This document shows, piece after piece, positions 29,360 through 39,014 of a stretch of DNA of 64,000 nucleotides. The DNA lies in contig JAFSXS010000052.1 of assembly GCA_017443945.1 (NCBI GenBank), positions 11,160-75,159 on the forward strand, read 5' to 3'. The notes beneath the pieces are model-generated. The model did no database searches. It was not told the origin of the DNA and saw nothing but the letters and a program-made list of their open reading frames with translations. Source of the stretch: Synergistaceae bacterium. GTDB lineage: Bacteria > Synergistota > Synergistia > Synergistales > Aminobacteriaceae. A program made the position numbers and the translations under genes. Numbering within the stretch: position 1 is the stretch's first letter; each line of letters opens with the position of its first letter.

Positions 29360-30199
29360 ATGCCCCGTTCTGTATGGTATCCCGGCCACATGGCAAAGGG
29401 AACGCGAAAATTAAATGAATTAGCGTCAAAACTTGATTTAATCGTTGAAGTAAGGGACTCGCGCGCTCCTGTCTCTACTTCATCACCGTTAATTAAAGCA
29501 TTGGCAAGAATCAAGCCCGTTATTCATGTTTTATCGCGTAAAGACTTGGCCGACCCCGAAAAATTAAATCTCTGGCTGAACACGTTTAAGCACGCATTCA
29601 GTGCAGACCTTCGCAAAAAATCGGGTTTAAATGTAATCAAGAAAGCGATATTAAAATTTAAGCCCCCTCACAGAGAAGTAAGACTCGCCGTCGTAGGTAT
29701 TCCAAATGTCGGAAAATCTTTATTGCTTAATTCGTTAATAAATAAATCAAGTGCTTCAGTAGGCAATATCCCCGGCGTTACTAAGTCCGTGAACTGGTAC
29801 AAGAATGAAGGAATGCTAATTGTTGATTCACCCGGTATTCTTGACCCTCACGCAGAGTCCGGCGCGCATTTAATTTTATCGTGGCTGGGATGTGCAAAAG
29901 CTGATGTTGTCGGAGGCTGGGAAAATGCGGCGTTAATGCTCATAAAATTTTTGTGCGCTAAAAATATGCGTGATCTATTGCCGGTTGAATATGTTGACGA
30001 ACCTTCAGAGCTTACACTTGAAAGAATCGGCCGGCGTATGGGCTGCTTAATTTCGGGAGGGCGAGTCAATTACGAACTGGCCGGGCAAAAATTTATTGAG
30101 GCTTTCTCATCAGGCAGACTCGGACTCGTTTGTCTTGAGACCCCTGACTCAGAACTTGCTATAAATTTCAATCATGAGGCAGCTAACGTTGTTCAATGA
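29360..30199 (+). CDS. rbgA: ribosome biogenesis GTPase A (YlqF/RbgA), circularly permuted GTPase
   Basis: N-terminus WYPGHMAKG, the permuted order DARAP-like (VRDSRAP)...NKxD-like (SRKD)...GIPNVGKS, and DSPGIL. Confidence 0.88.
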   Translation: MPRSVWYPGHMAKGTRKLNELASKLDLIVEVRDSRAPVSTSSPLIKALARIKPVIHVLSRKDLADPEKLNLWLNTFKHAFSADLRKKSGLNVIKKAILKFKPPHREVRLAVVGIPNVGKSLLLNSLINKSSASVGNIPGVTKSVNWYKNEGMLIVDSPGILDPHAESGAHLILSWLGCAKADVVGGWENAALMLIKFLCAKNMRDLLPVEYVDEPSELTLERIGRRMGCLISGGRVNYELAGQKFIEAFSSGRLGLVCLETPDSELAINFNHEAANVVQ

Positions 30200-30854
30200 T
30201 TTAATTCTCACGTCGAGAGCAGATCCGGTTGAGGCAGCCGAATCACTTGAAGAGCTTTGCAGACGAGGAGCAGTTATCGGCACTGATGAAGCGGGGCGGG
30301 GAGCTTTGGCCGGACCTGTTGTAGCAGCAGCAGTATATTTGACTCGTGAGCAGGAGAAAATATTATTAAATCGCAAATTGCGCGACTCTAAGCGTTTGAC
30401 TCCTAAGGGACGAGAAAAATTATTTGCTGTAATGAACGAAATCGGCGTGTTATGGCGTGCTTCAATGGGCAGTATCGCACGAATCGAACGAGATAATATT
30501 TTACAGGCTTCATTATGGGCAATGGCTCAGAGCGTCAAGAAATTAGCTGCGAAATTAAATACTTCTCCCGCATGCATAATCGTTGACGGCACAGAGAGAA
30601 TCCCGGATATAAATTTTTCTCAATGGCCGTTGATAAAAGCTGATGACTTAATACCGGTCGTATCGGCTGCTTCGATTGTCGCAAAAGTTATACGAGATAG
30701 ATTAATGGCAAGGCTTGACTCAAAATTTCCCGGTTATAATCTTGCAAAAAATAAAGGTTATCCCACTAGAGAGCATAGAGAACGTGTAAAATTAATCGGA
30801 CTGTCTGATATACATAGAGAGTCATTCTGCCGAAAATTATTAAGTGGAAGGTGA
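30174..30854 (+). CDS. rnhB: ribonuclease HII
   Basis: GTDEAGRGALAGPVVAAAV, DSKRLTP, IVDG, SIVAKV.RD, GYPT..H. Confidence 0.9.
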   Translation: MRQLTLFNDLILTSRADPVEAAESLEELCRRGAVIGTDEAGRGALAGPVVAAAVYLTREQEKILLNRKLRDSKRLTPKGREKLFAVMNEIGVLWRASMGSIARIERDNILQASLWAMAQSVKKLAAKLNTSPACIIVDGTERIPDINFSQWPLIKADDLIPVVSAASIVAKVIRDRLMARLDSKFPGYNLAKNKGYPTREHRERVKLIGLSDIHRESFCRKLLSGR

Positions 30855-30860
30855 TAGAGA

Positions 30861-31973
30861 ATGCCCGAAATAAATAATTTGAATGTAAGCCTAAATCAGA
30901 ATTACAGTCAAGCCCAGCAGAATATAAGCACTCGGCAGGGGCAGATAATTAATCAACCGCAGATTTTACAGCCCGGGCAGTTGACGAAATTTGCCGGAAT
31001 CCGTACAGGAATGCTCATCGAGGGCACTGTTTTATCACAGAACAGCGACGGCACTTATACAGTAAGAGTTGATGTTAATGGCGTAATGCAGGATTTGCGG
31101 GCGCGTGCAACAATTTCACTTATACCGGGCGAAAGATTTAGAGCTGTCTGGGACGCTTCCGGGCCTGATGGAGTACCCGTTTTAAGACTCTCGCAGGGTG
31201 AATTGTCGTTTTTGTCGCAGATTCCCGCACGTGATAGAGAGCTTGCGACGGCCTTATTAGCGCGTGGTCTGCCGTTGTCTAATGAAGTTCTTACAGCAAT
31301 TAAAGACGCTTGGCGCAAAACAGGTTCTAACCCCGGCGAATTGTCTTCATTTATAGAGTTATGGGCGCGCGACGTTCCTATGACGCAGGAAAACGCGTTA
31401 TTATTATCTCAATATGCAGCGATGAATGACTCAGAAATTAACGAGATGTGGAACAGAATCCGCAAAAAATTAAAATCTGACACTTCTGACGGCAAAGACC
31501 CGATTAAATCTCTCAAGGGCATGAAGGAAGGCAACGACGATATTGCACAGTTCTTGCAGGCACAGTCAATTTTGATGAAGTCTCCCCGTCCTGAAGTAAA
31601 CCCGGCGTTATTGGCTGCTCCTTTCTGGCCGTTAGTCGAGAATAATACGCAGAGCATGACAGCAAAAATTTTTGTAGGTCGTTCAACAAATGGCGATGAC
31701 GGTCAAAAATATTGGCAGGTCGGATTTGGCTTAACCGGTAATAATTTAGGCGAGGTGGGCGGACTAGTTGAGAGCGACGGCAAAAGCTGTAATCTGACTC
31801 TCAATGCCGAGAGAGCAGAAACTTGCAGGATAATTGAACGCAGAAGACGTGATTTAAGGCGTGAACTTCAAGGACTCGCGATTCCAGTGAGCTTTATAGG
31901 AATTTCCCAGCGCGCTCCGGAAAATGAACGCGATATTTTGCTTGCAGGACGAGGACTCGATATTACAGTATAG
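30861..31973 (+). CDS. hypothetical protein in the ylqG position; the Gln/Asn-rich N-terminus is reminiscent of hook-length-control (FliK-like) proteins
   Basis: 370-aa ORF between rnhB and the FlhB-C-like gene. No catalytic motif is recognised. The assignment rests on position and composition only. Confidence 0.35.
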   Translation: MPEINNLNVSLNQNYSQAQQNISTRQGQIINQPQILQPGQLTKFAGIRTGMLIEGTVLSQNSDGTYTVRVDVNGVMQDLRARATISLIPGERFRAVWDASGPDGVPVLRLSQGELSFLSQIPARDRELATALLARGLPLSNEVLTAIKDAWRKTGSNPGELSSFIELWARDVPMTQENALLLSQYAAMNDSEINEMWNRIRKKLKSDTSDGKDPIKSLKGMKEGNDDIAQFLQAQSILMKSPRPEVNPALLAAPFWPLVENNTQSMTAKIFVGRSTNGDDGQKYWQVGFGLTGNNLGEVGGLVESDGKSCNLTLNAERAETCRIIERRRRDLRRELQGLAIPVSFIGISQRAPENERDILLAGRGLDITV

Positions 31974-31988
31974 AAGGAAAAATTTATT

Positions 31989-32264
31989 ATGCCCGAACAA
32001 AATAAACGTGATAAGGCTGTAGCAGTCAAATATGATAATAAGAAAATGGCCGCTCCTACTGTTGTAGCAAAGGGAGAAGGCTTTATCGCTCAAAAAATTA
32101 TAGAACGCGCAATTGAAGCAGATGTACCTATTGTTGAAGATGCTGCGCTTGTGTCGGCTTTGATTTCTCTTGAGTTAGGCGAGGAGATTCCAGCAGAGTT
32201 ATACGAGGTCGTCGCAAGAGTCTTAGCATGGGTCTACAAACTTGACAGGGAGTCAGCCAAATAA
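31989..32264 (+). CDS. FlhB C-terminal-domain-like protein (EscU/YscU/HrcU family, YlqH-like)
   Basis: KAVAVKYD...APTVVAKGEGFIAQKIIERAIEADVPIVEDAALVSAL...EIPAELYEVVARVL matches the stand-alone FlhB-C domain. Confidence 0.8.
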   Translation: MPEQNKRDKAVAVKYDNKKMAAPTVVAKGEGFIAQKIIERAIEADVPIVEDAALVSALISLELGEEIPAELYEVVARVLAWVYKLDRESAK

Positions 32265-32657
32265 ATGACTCAAGCTCAAGAGTTAGGCAGATACGCAGAA
32301 GATAAGGCAGCAGAATATATTTTGTCTCTCGGATGGCGCGTAATTGCACGTAATATCAGGAATAAATACGGCGAACTAGATATTATTGCAATAGATAACG
32401 ACAACAACGAAATTGTAATTATTGAAGTCAGGGCGCGCACAATCGGGAAAATTCAATCACCGTTAGACTCGATAGGCTCACGAAAATTAAACGCGTTAAT
32501 CAAGTCCGCACGTGAATTTATCGAGGAAGAACTAAACTGGGACGGTTTCTGGCGGATTGACTTTATTGGCATAACTATAACTCACAAAAATGAGCCTGAT
32601 AATTGGACTCTTGAACACATAAGCGACATTACAGCAGGGATGAATATAATTTCATAA
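32265..32657 (+). CDS. YraN family (UPF0102) endonuclease-like protein
   Basis: GRYAEDKAAEYL...GWRVIARN.R...GELDIIA....EIVIIEVRAR is the typical YraN pattern. Confidence 0.8.
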   Translation: MTQAQELGRYAEDKAAEYILSLGWRVIARNIRNKYGELDIIAIDNDNNEIVIIEVRARTIGKIQSPLDSIGSRKLNALIKSAREFIEEELNWDGFWRIDFIGITITHKNEPDNWTLEHISDITAGMNIIS

Positions 32658-32709
32658 TTGATTTTATCATTCGCGTAAAATAAAATTTGACTGATAAAAT
32701 TTTTACAGA

Positions 32710-35070
32710 ATGGAGAATCATAATTTGACGCTCGCAGAACTTGAATCAGGAAAAAGCGCAGTTATTACAACCGTCGGAGGCTCAGGAAGTTTACGCCAGC
32801 ATTTATTAGATATGGGAATAATCCCCGGCGCACTCGTAAAAATGGTAAAGTCCGCACCTTTAGGAGATCCCCTCGAAATTAGAATCCATGATTACGAGCT
32901 GACACTAAGACTCGCCGACGCAAAAAAAATAGAAATCAAACTTTCACAAGATACACAGCAGGCCGAAAAATTTATTGAAGCATTTAACAGCTTAAATCAA
33001 GTAGAACACCCCGGACTCGGTGAAGAAGGCAAATATCACGTCAATGACAAAAACGAGCCTTTACCCGATGGAACGTTATTAACTTTTGCGCTTGCAGGGA
33101 ATCAGAACTCAGGCAAGACGACATTATTTAACCAACTAACCGGCGCAAAACAGAGAATCGGAAATTTCCCCGGCGTTACAGTTGACCGCAAAGACGGAGC
33201 AATCAAGGGACATTCAGACACTTTGATAACAGATTTACCCGGCATTTATTCAATGTCCCCATACAGCGGTGAAGAAATTGTCGCAAGAAATTTTATTCTC
33301 GGCGAGAAACCTAAAGCAATAATTAACATAATCGACGCTACTAATATCGAACGAAATTTATATTTGACTGAGCAGTTAATGGAAATGCAAATTCCTATGG
33401 TGGCAGCTCTTAACATGATGGACGAGTTAAGCGGCAACGGAGGCACTATCGATATTAACAGAATGGAGTCGCTTTTAGGGATTCCAGTTATACCAATTTC
33501 AGCACTCAAGAATGAAGGCATAGAAGAACTCGTAAATCACGCTGTCCACATCGCAAAATTTCAGGAGAAGCCTAAACGTTACGATTTTTGCGGAGAAGAA
33601 GATCACGACGGCGCAGTACATAGATGCATTCACGCAATTACGCATTTGATTCAGGATCACGCAGAACGGGCCGGCCTTCCTCTAAGATTTGCAGCAACTA
33701 AAGTAATCGAGAATGACGCGCTGATAATTCATAAACTCAAACTCGAACAGAACGAGCGCGAAATGTTAGAACATATAATTTTGCAAATGGAAAAGGAGCG
33801 GGGACTCGATAGAAATGCTGCAATTGCTGATATGAGATTCAATTTTATTCACAAAGTCTGCTCACAATGCGTCGTCAAACCTGCACAAAGCCGCGAACAT
33901 TTACGAAGTCAGAAGCTCGACAAAATTTTAACAGGCCGTTATACTGCTATTCCTGTTTTTATTGCTGTAATGGCTGCTATTTTCTATCTCACATTTGAAG
34001 TAATCGGCGCATATTTTCAAGATTTATTAGCAAGCTGGATTGACTCATTTACGGAAATTGCGGACTCTTACATGTCATCAATCGGCGTTAATGAGATCGT
34101 GCACAAATTTATAATTGACGGCGTTTTTGCAGGACTCGGCAGCGTCTTAAGTTTCATACCGATAATAATCACGTTATTTTTCTTTCTCTCGATTCTTGAG
34201 GACACCGGCTATACTGCAAGAGTAGCGTTTTTCATGGATAAATTATTGCGTAAAATAGGCTTGTCAGGCCGCAGCATTGTCCCGATGTTAATAGGTTTTG
34301 GCTGTACTGTTCCTGCTGTAATGTCGACCCGTACTCTTCCCAGTGAGCGCGATAGAAAAATGACGATTTTATTGACTCCATTTATGAGCTGTACAGCAAA
34401 ATTGCCGATTTACGCGTTTTTTGTAAATGCGTTCTTCCCTGATAAACGAGGCTTAATAATGACCGGTTTATATGTTTTGGGAATCGTCGCCGGGATTCTT
34501 GCAGCGTTATTATACAAGGAGACATTATTCAGGGGTGAAGCTGTACCGTTTGTGATGGAGCTGCCGAATTATAGAATGCCTGCTGCAAAAAATGTTATAT
34601 TCTTAATGTGGGAGAAAGCGAAGGACTTTTTACAGCGCGCATTTACTGTAATATTTCTTGCTACGGTTATTATATGGTTTCTGCAAAGTTTTGACCTGCA
34701 ATTTAATTTTACGACTCAATCAGATAAAAGCATTCTCGCCGCGATTTCTGGTTTATTAGTGCCGTTATTTGCGCCTTTAGGATTAGGAGACTGGCGGATT
34801 TGCACATCATTAATAAGCGGTTTTCTCGCAAAAGAAAGTGTTGTGTCGAGTCTTGGAGTCTTGTTCGGCGAAAATGTTAATGCATTCTTGTCAAGTGCGT
34901 CTGCGGGTGCTTTGCTGGTATTCAGTTTGTTATACACACCTTGTGCGGCGGCAGTTGCTTCGATAAAACGCGAACTCGGAGGCGGCTGGGCATTAGGCGT
35001 TGTGATTTGGCAATGCGTTATCGCGTGGGCTGCGGCAATGATCACGAGAATTATTATTCTTGCAATATAA
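32710..35070 (+). CDS. feoB: ferrous iron transporter FeoB with an N-terminal FeoA domain fused
   Basis: The FeoA-like SH3 segment is residues ~1-78 (LAELESGKSAVITTV..LLDMGIIPGALVKMV..APLGDPLEIRI). The G domain follows (ALAGNQNSGKTTLFNQLTG, DLPGIYS, NMMDE), then the polytopic permease. Confidence 0.92.
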   Translation: MENHNLTLAELESGKSAVITTVGGSGSLRQHLLDMGIIPGALVKMVKSAPLGDPLEIRIHDYELTLRLADAKKIEIKLSQDTQQAEKFIEAFNSLNQVEHPGLGEEGKYHVNDKNEPLPDGTLLTFALAGNQNSGKTTLFNQLTGAKQRIGNFPGVTVDRKDGAIKGHSDTLITDLPGIYSMSPYSGEEIVARNFILGEKPKAIINIIDATNIERNLYLTEQLMEMQIPMVAALNMMDELSGNGGTIDINRMESLLGIPVIPISALKNEGIEELVNHAVHIAKFQEKPKRYDFCGEEDHDGAVHRCIHAITHLIQDHAERAGLPLRFAATKVIENDALIIHKLKLEQNEREMLEHIILQMEKERGLDRNAAIADMRFNFIHKVCSQCVVKPAQSREHLRSQKLDKILTGRYTAIPVFIAVMAAIFYLTFEVIGAYFQDLLASWIDSFTEIADSYMSSIGVNEIVHKFIIDGVFAGLGSVLSFIPIIITLFFFLSILEDTGYTARVAFFMDKLLRKIGLSGRSIVPMLIGFGCTVPAVMSTRTLPSERDRKMTILLTPFMSCTAKLPIYAFFVNAFFPDKRGLIMTGLYVLGIVAGILAALLYKETLFRGEAVPFVMELPNYRMPAAKNVIFLMWEKAKDFLQRAFTVIFLATVIIWFLQSFDLQFNFTTQSDKSILAAISGLLVPLFAPLGLGDWRICTSLISGFLAKESVVSSLGVLFGENVNAFLSSASAGALLVFSLLYTPCAAAVASIKRELGGGWALGVVIWQCVIAWAAAMITRIIILAI

Positions 35071-35109
35071 TATAATAATCACGAGTAATTTATAAGGAGG
35101 CAGATTTTT

Positions 35110-35457
35110 TTGCGAGTTGCTGTAACTTACGAGAACGGGAATATATTTCAGCATTTCGGCAAGACTGAAAATTTCAAGCTCTATGACATCGAGAATAAAT
35201 CAATCACTCGCAACGAAGTTATTAGCACTAACGGCCAAGCTCATGGGATTCTAGCAGGATTCTTGAAAGCTCAGGGAGTCGACGTATTAATTTGCGGCGG
35301 TATAGGTTCGGGAGCGCAGGAAGCTCTTAATACTGTAGGAATAAAATTTTTCGCAGGAGTCAATGGCAGTGCGGACGAGGCTGTGAAAAAATTTCTTGAC
35401 GGCAGACTTGAATTTGACTCGAATCCTAAATGCGATAATCACACTTGCAAGGAGTGA
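35110..35457 (+). CDS. NifB/NifX-family (dinitrogenase FeMo-cofactor-binding fold) small protein
   Basis: MRVAVTYENGNIFQHFGKTENFKLYDI...VDVLICGGIGSGAQEAL...GIKFFAG. TTG start with AAGGAGG upstream. Confidence 0.7.
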   Translation: MRVAVTYENGNIFQHFGKTENFKLYDIENKSITRNEVISTNGQAHGILAGFLKAQGVDVLICGGIGSGAQEALNTVGIKFFAGVNGSADEAVKKFLDGRLEFDSNPKCDNHTCKE

Positions 35458-35466
35458 ATTTATATA

Positions 35467-36276
35467 ATGCCAGCATGTAATCATAATTGCGAAAACTGCG
35501 GCGCAAATTGTTCAGAACGCGATAATACAGCCGCAAAATTTCAGACTGACAGCGTGATAAAAAACGTTATCGGCATAGTCAGCGGCAAGGGAGGTGTCGG
35601 GAAATCCTTAATTACCGGCTTGCTTGCGTCTGGAATGAACAAGAAAAATTTTAACACGGCGATTTTAGACGCTGATATAACGGGGCCGTCAATTCCCAAA
35701 ATGTTTGGTATTCATGACGGTTTATTATCTGACGGACATTTTATACAGCCTGCAATCAGTAAGAACGGAACAAAAATTATTTCGATGAATTTATGTTTAC
35801 CAGATGAGTCAGATCCTGTAGTATGGCGGGGGCCTGTCTTAATGGGAGTGTTGCAGCAATTTTTTGAAGAAGTTGACTGGGGATTTACTGATTATATGTT
35901 TGTCGATATGCCGCCCGGTACAGGTGATGTGCCGTTGACAGTGTTTCAGTCATTGCCTATCAAGGGAATTATTATAGTTACGACACCTCAGGAACTTGTA
36001 AGTATGATAGTAAGCAAAGCTCTTAGGATGGCCGAAATTATGAATATTCCCGTGCTGGGTCTCGTTGAGAATATGAGCTATTTTCTTTGCCCTGACTGCG
36101 GGAAAAAGCATTATATATTTGGTAACAGTCATATTGAAGAGTTTGCGTTGTCTCACGGGATAAAAAATTTTGCGCAGCTTCCTATTTTGCCGGAATTTGC
36201 GACACTTTGTGATTCTGGAAAAATTGAAGACTTTGACGCGGGGAAATATTTAGACTCAATCATGAAAAATTTATAG
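35467..36276 (+). CDS. Mrp/NBP35-family Fe-S cluster carrier ATPase with a Cys-rich N-terminus
   Basis: Deviant Walker A SGKGGVGKS, DADITGPS, DMPPGTGD, and the CPDCG motif. The N-terminus is CNHNCENCGANC. Confidence 0.85.
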   Translation: MPACNHNCENCGANCSERDNTAAKFQTDSVIKNVIGIVSGKGGVGKSLITGLLASGMNKKNFNTAILDADITGPSIPKMFGIHDGLLSDGHFIQPAISKNGTKIISMNLCLPDESDPVVWRGPVLMGVLQQFFEEVDWGFTDYMFVDMPPGTGDVPLTVFQSLPIKGIIIVTTPQELVSMIVSKALRMAEIMNIPVLGLVENMSYFLCPDCGKKHYIFGNSHIEEFALSHGIKNFAQLPILPEFATLCDSGKIEDFDAGKYLDSIMKNL

Positions 36277-36413
36277 AGTAAATAAAATTTATGCCGATGA
36301 GCGCTTTAACACTTGTCGGCAGCTTTTATACTTTCATGCACATTCAGTCCCCCTCCCAAAAAATTTATTTCTTGCCTTATAATATACTTGTAAAATTTTA
36401 TTTATCGAGGTGT

Positions 36414-37241
36414 ATGTTTATGTGTAAAAAATTTTTTGCGCTTGCTTTGTGCATAATGATTCTCGCGTGTTCTTGTGCGGCAAATGCTGAAGGACTCAAA
36501 ATCGGCATTCTTGCAAAATCTGAGACTGGCCCGACATTTAACACTAAATCGAGTCTTGAATCTTCCTGGCTATGGTCATTAATGGGACACGGACACGGCG
36601 AAAATGACGAATATATTTCATTTGAAGATTTACCAAGCATGATAATGGCATTAGAGTCCGGCAAAGTTGACGAGCTTGACTTACCGCAAATCGTCGGCGA
36701 ATACATCATGGCACAGAATCCAAATTATAAAGTCTCCTGCGTAATGCGTCCTGAAAATGTATATTTTGCGTTCGGCTTCCTGAAGGAGAAAAATGTTATT
36801 CTCTGGCAAAATTTTAATTACGCTTTGAGACTCATGCGCAGAAACGGAACACTTCAAGACTTGCAGGCAAAATATTTATACAACCCCGGCAAAATTGAGC
36901 CTGAACCAGTAAAATTTGATTTATTCCCGAATGCCCAGAAAGTAAAATTTGCTGTAACCGGCGACATTCCCCCGATTGATTACACAGCACCCGACGGCAC
37001 GCCAGCAGGCTTTAACGCAGCACTTCTCGCAGAAATCGGCCGACTCCTGAAAATTAATATTGAGATCATAAACGTTACTTCAGGTGCAAAGACAGCAGCT
37101 CTCACATCGGGACGCGCTGACGGCGTTTTCTGGTACGTTGTAAGCACTAATAAAGATATTATTCTCGTTGATAATGATATTTTATTAACGTCAGATCCGT
37201 ATTACACGTTTAATATTTATATGCACATACGCAAAAAGTAG
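36414..37241 (+). CDS. solute-binding protein, family-3 (PBP type II) related, paralogue 1 of 6; probable lipoprotein
   Basis: Signal/lipobox-like MFMCKKFFALALCIMILACSCAA. The conserved block is VTGDIPPIDYTAPDGTPAGFNAALLAEIGRLL.INIE....GA.TAALTSGRADGVFW...DPYY. ATG 36414 (or 36420) is preferred over the track start at 36291. Confidence 0.8.
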   Translation: MFMCKKFFALALCIMILACSCAANAEGLKIGILAKSETGPTFNTKSSLESSWLWSLMGHGHGENDEYISFEDLPSMIMALESGKVDELDLPQIVGEYIMAQNPNYKVSCVMRPENVYFAFGFLKEKNVILWQNFNYALRLMRRNGTLQDLQAKYLYNPGKIEPEPVKFDLFPNAQKVKFAVTGDIPPIDYTAPDGTPAGFNAALLAEIGRLLKINIEIINVTSGAKTAALTSGRADGVFWYVVSTNKDIILVDNDILLTSDPYYTFNIYMHIRKK

Positions 37242-37253
37242 GGGGTATTATTT

Positions 37254-38057
37254 ATGAATAAAAAATTTTGTGCGTTTATTGCAATTATAATAATTCTTGC
37301 GTGTTCATGTGCGGCAGGTGCTGAGGGACTCAAAATCGGCATTCTTGCAAATCCTGAGAACGGTCTGTCATTCAACACAAAACAGTATCTTGAATCGACT
37401 TGGCTATGGTCATTAATTGGACACGGACACGGCGAAAATGATGAGTATATTTTATTTGATGACCTGCCCAGCATGATAACGGCATTAGAATCCGGAAAAA
37501 TTGACGAGGCCGACCTGCCTCAAATTGTCGCTGAATATGTCATGTCGCAGAATAATAATTATAAAATATCGTGCGTAATGCGTTCACAGCCCATGAATCT
37601 TGTGTTCGGGTTCATGAAGGACAAAAACGTGATTCTATGGCAAAATTTTAATTACGCCTTGGGACTCATGAGCAGAAACGGCACTCTTCAAGCTCTTAGA
37701 GAAAAATATTTATCCAATCCCGGCAAAAATACGCCTGAAGAAATAAAATTTGACTCCTTCCCGAACGCAGAAAAAATAAAAATTGCTGTAACCGGAGATA
37801 TTCCCCCGATTGATTACACAGCACCCGACGGCACGCCAGCAGGTTTTAACGCAGCACTTCTCGCGGAAATAGGCCGACTCCTGAAAATTAATATTGAAAT
37901 CGTCAATACTAATGCAGGGGCAAGAATTGCAGTTCTCACATCAGGACGTGCTGACGGCGTTTTTTGGATCGACAGTGAAAATAAATTGTCGGAAAATATA
38001 TTAATCTCTGACCCCTATTACACGTTTAATATTTTCTTGCAGTTACGGAAAAAATAA
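37254..38057 (+). CDS. solute-binding protein paralogue 2
   Basis: Same architecture as paralogue 1, with a ~117-nt near-identical DNA tract shared with it. Confidence 0.8.
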   Translation: MNKKFCAFIAIIIILACSCAAGAEGLKIGILANPENGLSFNTKQYLESTWLWSLIGHGHGENDEYILFDDLPSMITALESGKIDEADLPQIVAEYVMSQNNNYKISCVMRSQPMNLVFGFMKDKNVILWQNFNYALGLMSRNGTLQALREKYLSNPGKNTPEEIKFDSFPNAEKIKIAVTGDIPPIDYTAPDGTPAGFNAALLAEIGRLLKINIEIVNTNAGARIAVLTSGRADGVFWIDSENKLSENILISDPYYTFNIFLQLRKK

Positions 38058-38069
38058 GGAGTGTTATTC

Positions 38070-38891
38070 ATGAACAAAAAATTTTGTGCATTTATCGCGT
38101 GTGTAATAATTCTTGCGTGTTCGTGTGCGGCAGGTGCTGAAGGACGCAAACTCGGATTATTGCAGAATGCCGGAATGTCTGAAAAAGGCTTCAACGATTT
38201 ATCAACAGTAAATTCAATATGGAAATGGGAAATTTCAGGCGCAAAATATTCGTCCTACCATTTTTACGATGATTTAAACACTATGTTAATGGCCTTGAAT
38301 GCCGGCAATATTGACGATTTAGAGCTTCCTCAGCCCGCAGCAGAATATATTTTATCCGTCAATCCAAATTATAAAATTTCCGGCGTATCATGTTCAACGG
38401 GTGCAAATTTAGTGTTCGGTTTCCTTGCGGGTAAGGGGGTAATCATGCAGAAAAATTTTAATTATGCACTTGGCCTCATGCGCAGAGATGGGACACTTCA
38501 AGATTTACAGACAAAATATTTAGCTAACCCCGGCAAAAATGAACCTGAGTCCGTAAAATTTGAGTCTTTCCCGAACGCAGAAAAAATAAAAATTGCTGTA
38601 ACCGGAGATATTCCCCCGATTGATTACACTTCACACGACGGCAAAGCAGCAGGTTTCAACGCAGCAGTAATCGCAGAAATTGCAAAGCGTCTCCAAATAA
38701 ACGTTGAAATCTTTGACATCAATACAAACGCAAGGACAGCCGCATTAACTTCAGGACGTGCAGACGCGGTTTTCTGGTATGAACTTATTGACGGAGTAGG
38801 GACTCAATATGATGCACCGGAAGGGGTAATTTTCTCGGATCCCTATTACAGATTTGATTTATTCGTTCGTATTGGCTTGCGAAAAAATTAA
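38070..38891 (+). CDS. solute-binding protein paralogue 3
   Basis: MNKKFCAFIACVIILACSCAAGAEG. ATG 38070 has AAGGAG upstream. A 62-nt tract is identical by eye to paralogue 2. Confidence 0.8.
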   Translation: MNKKFCAFIACVIILACSCAAGAEGRKLGLLQNAGMSEKGFNDLSTVNSIWKWEISGAKYSSYHFYDDLNTMLMALNAGNIDDLELPQPAAEYILSVNPNYKISGVSCSTGANLVFGFLAGKGVIMQKNFNYALGLMRRDGTLQDLQTKYLANPGKNEPESVKFESFPNAEKIKIAVTGDIPPIDYTSHDGKAAGFNAAVIAEIAKRLQINVEIFDINTNARTAALTSGRADAVFWYELIDGVGTQYDAPEGVIFSDPYYRFDLFVRIGLRKN

Positions 38892-38916
38892 TCATGCGCT
38901 AGAATGCTAAATTATT

Positions 38917-38991
38917 GCGGATGTAGTTCAACGGTAGAGCGTCAGCTTCCCAAGCTGAATGTTGCGGGTTCGAATCCCGTCGTCCGCTCCA
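38917..38991 (+). tRNA. tRNA-Gly (CCC)
   Basis: GCGGATGTAGTTCAACGGTAGAGCGTCAGCTTCCCAAGCTGA...GGGTTCGAATCCCGTCGTCCGCTCCA. The anticodon loop is TTCCCAA. It has U73 and an encoded CCA. Confidence 0.9.
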
Positions 38992-39014
38992 ATTTTTTTG
39001 TTTGTGATGATAAC

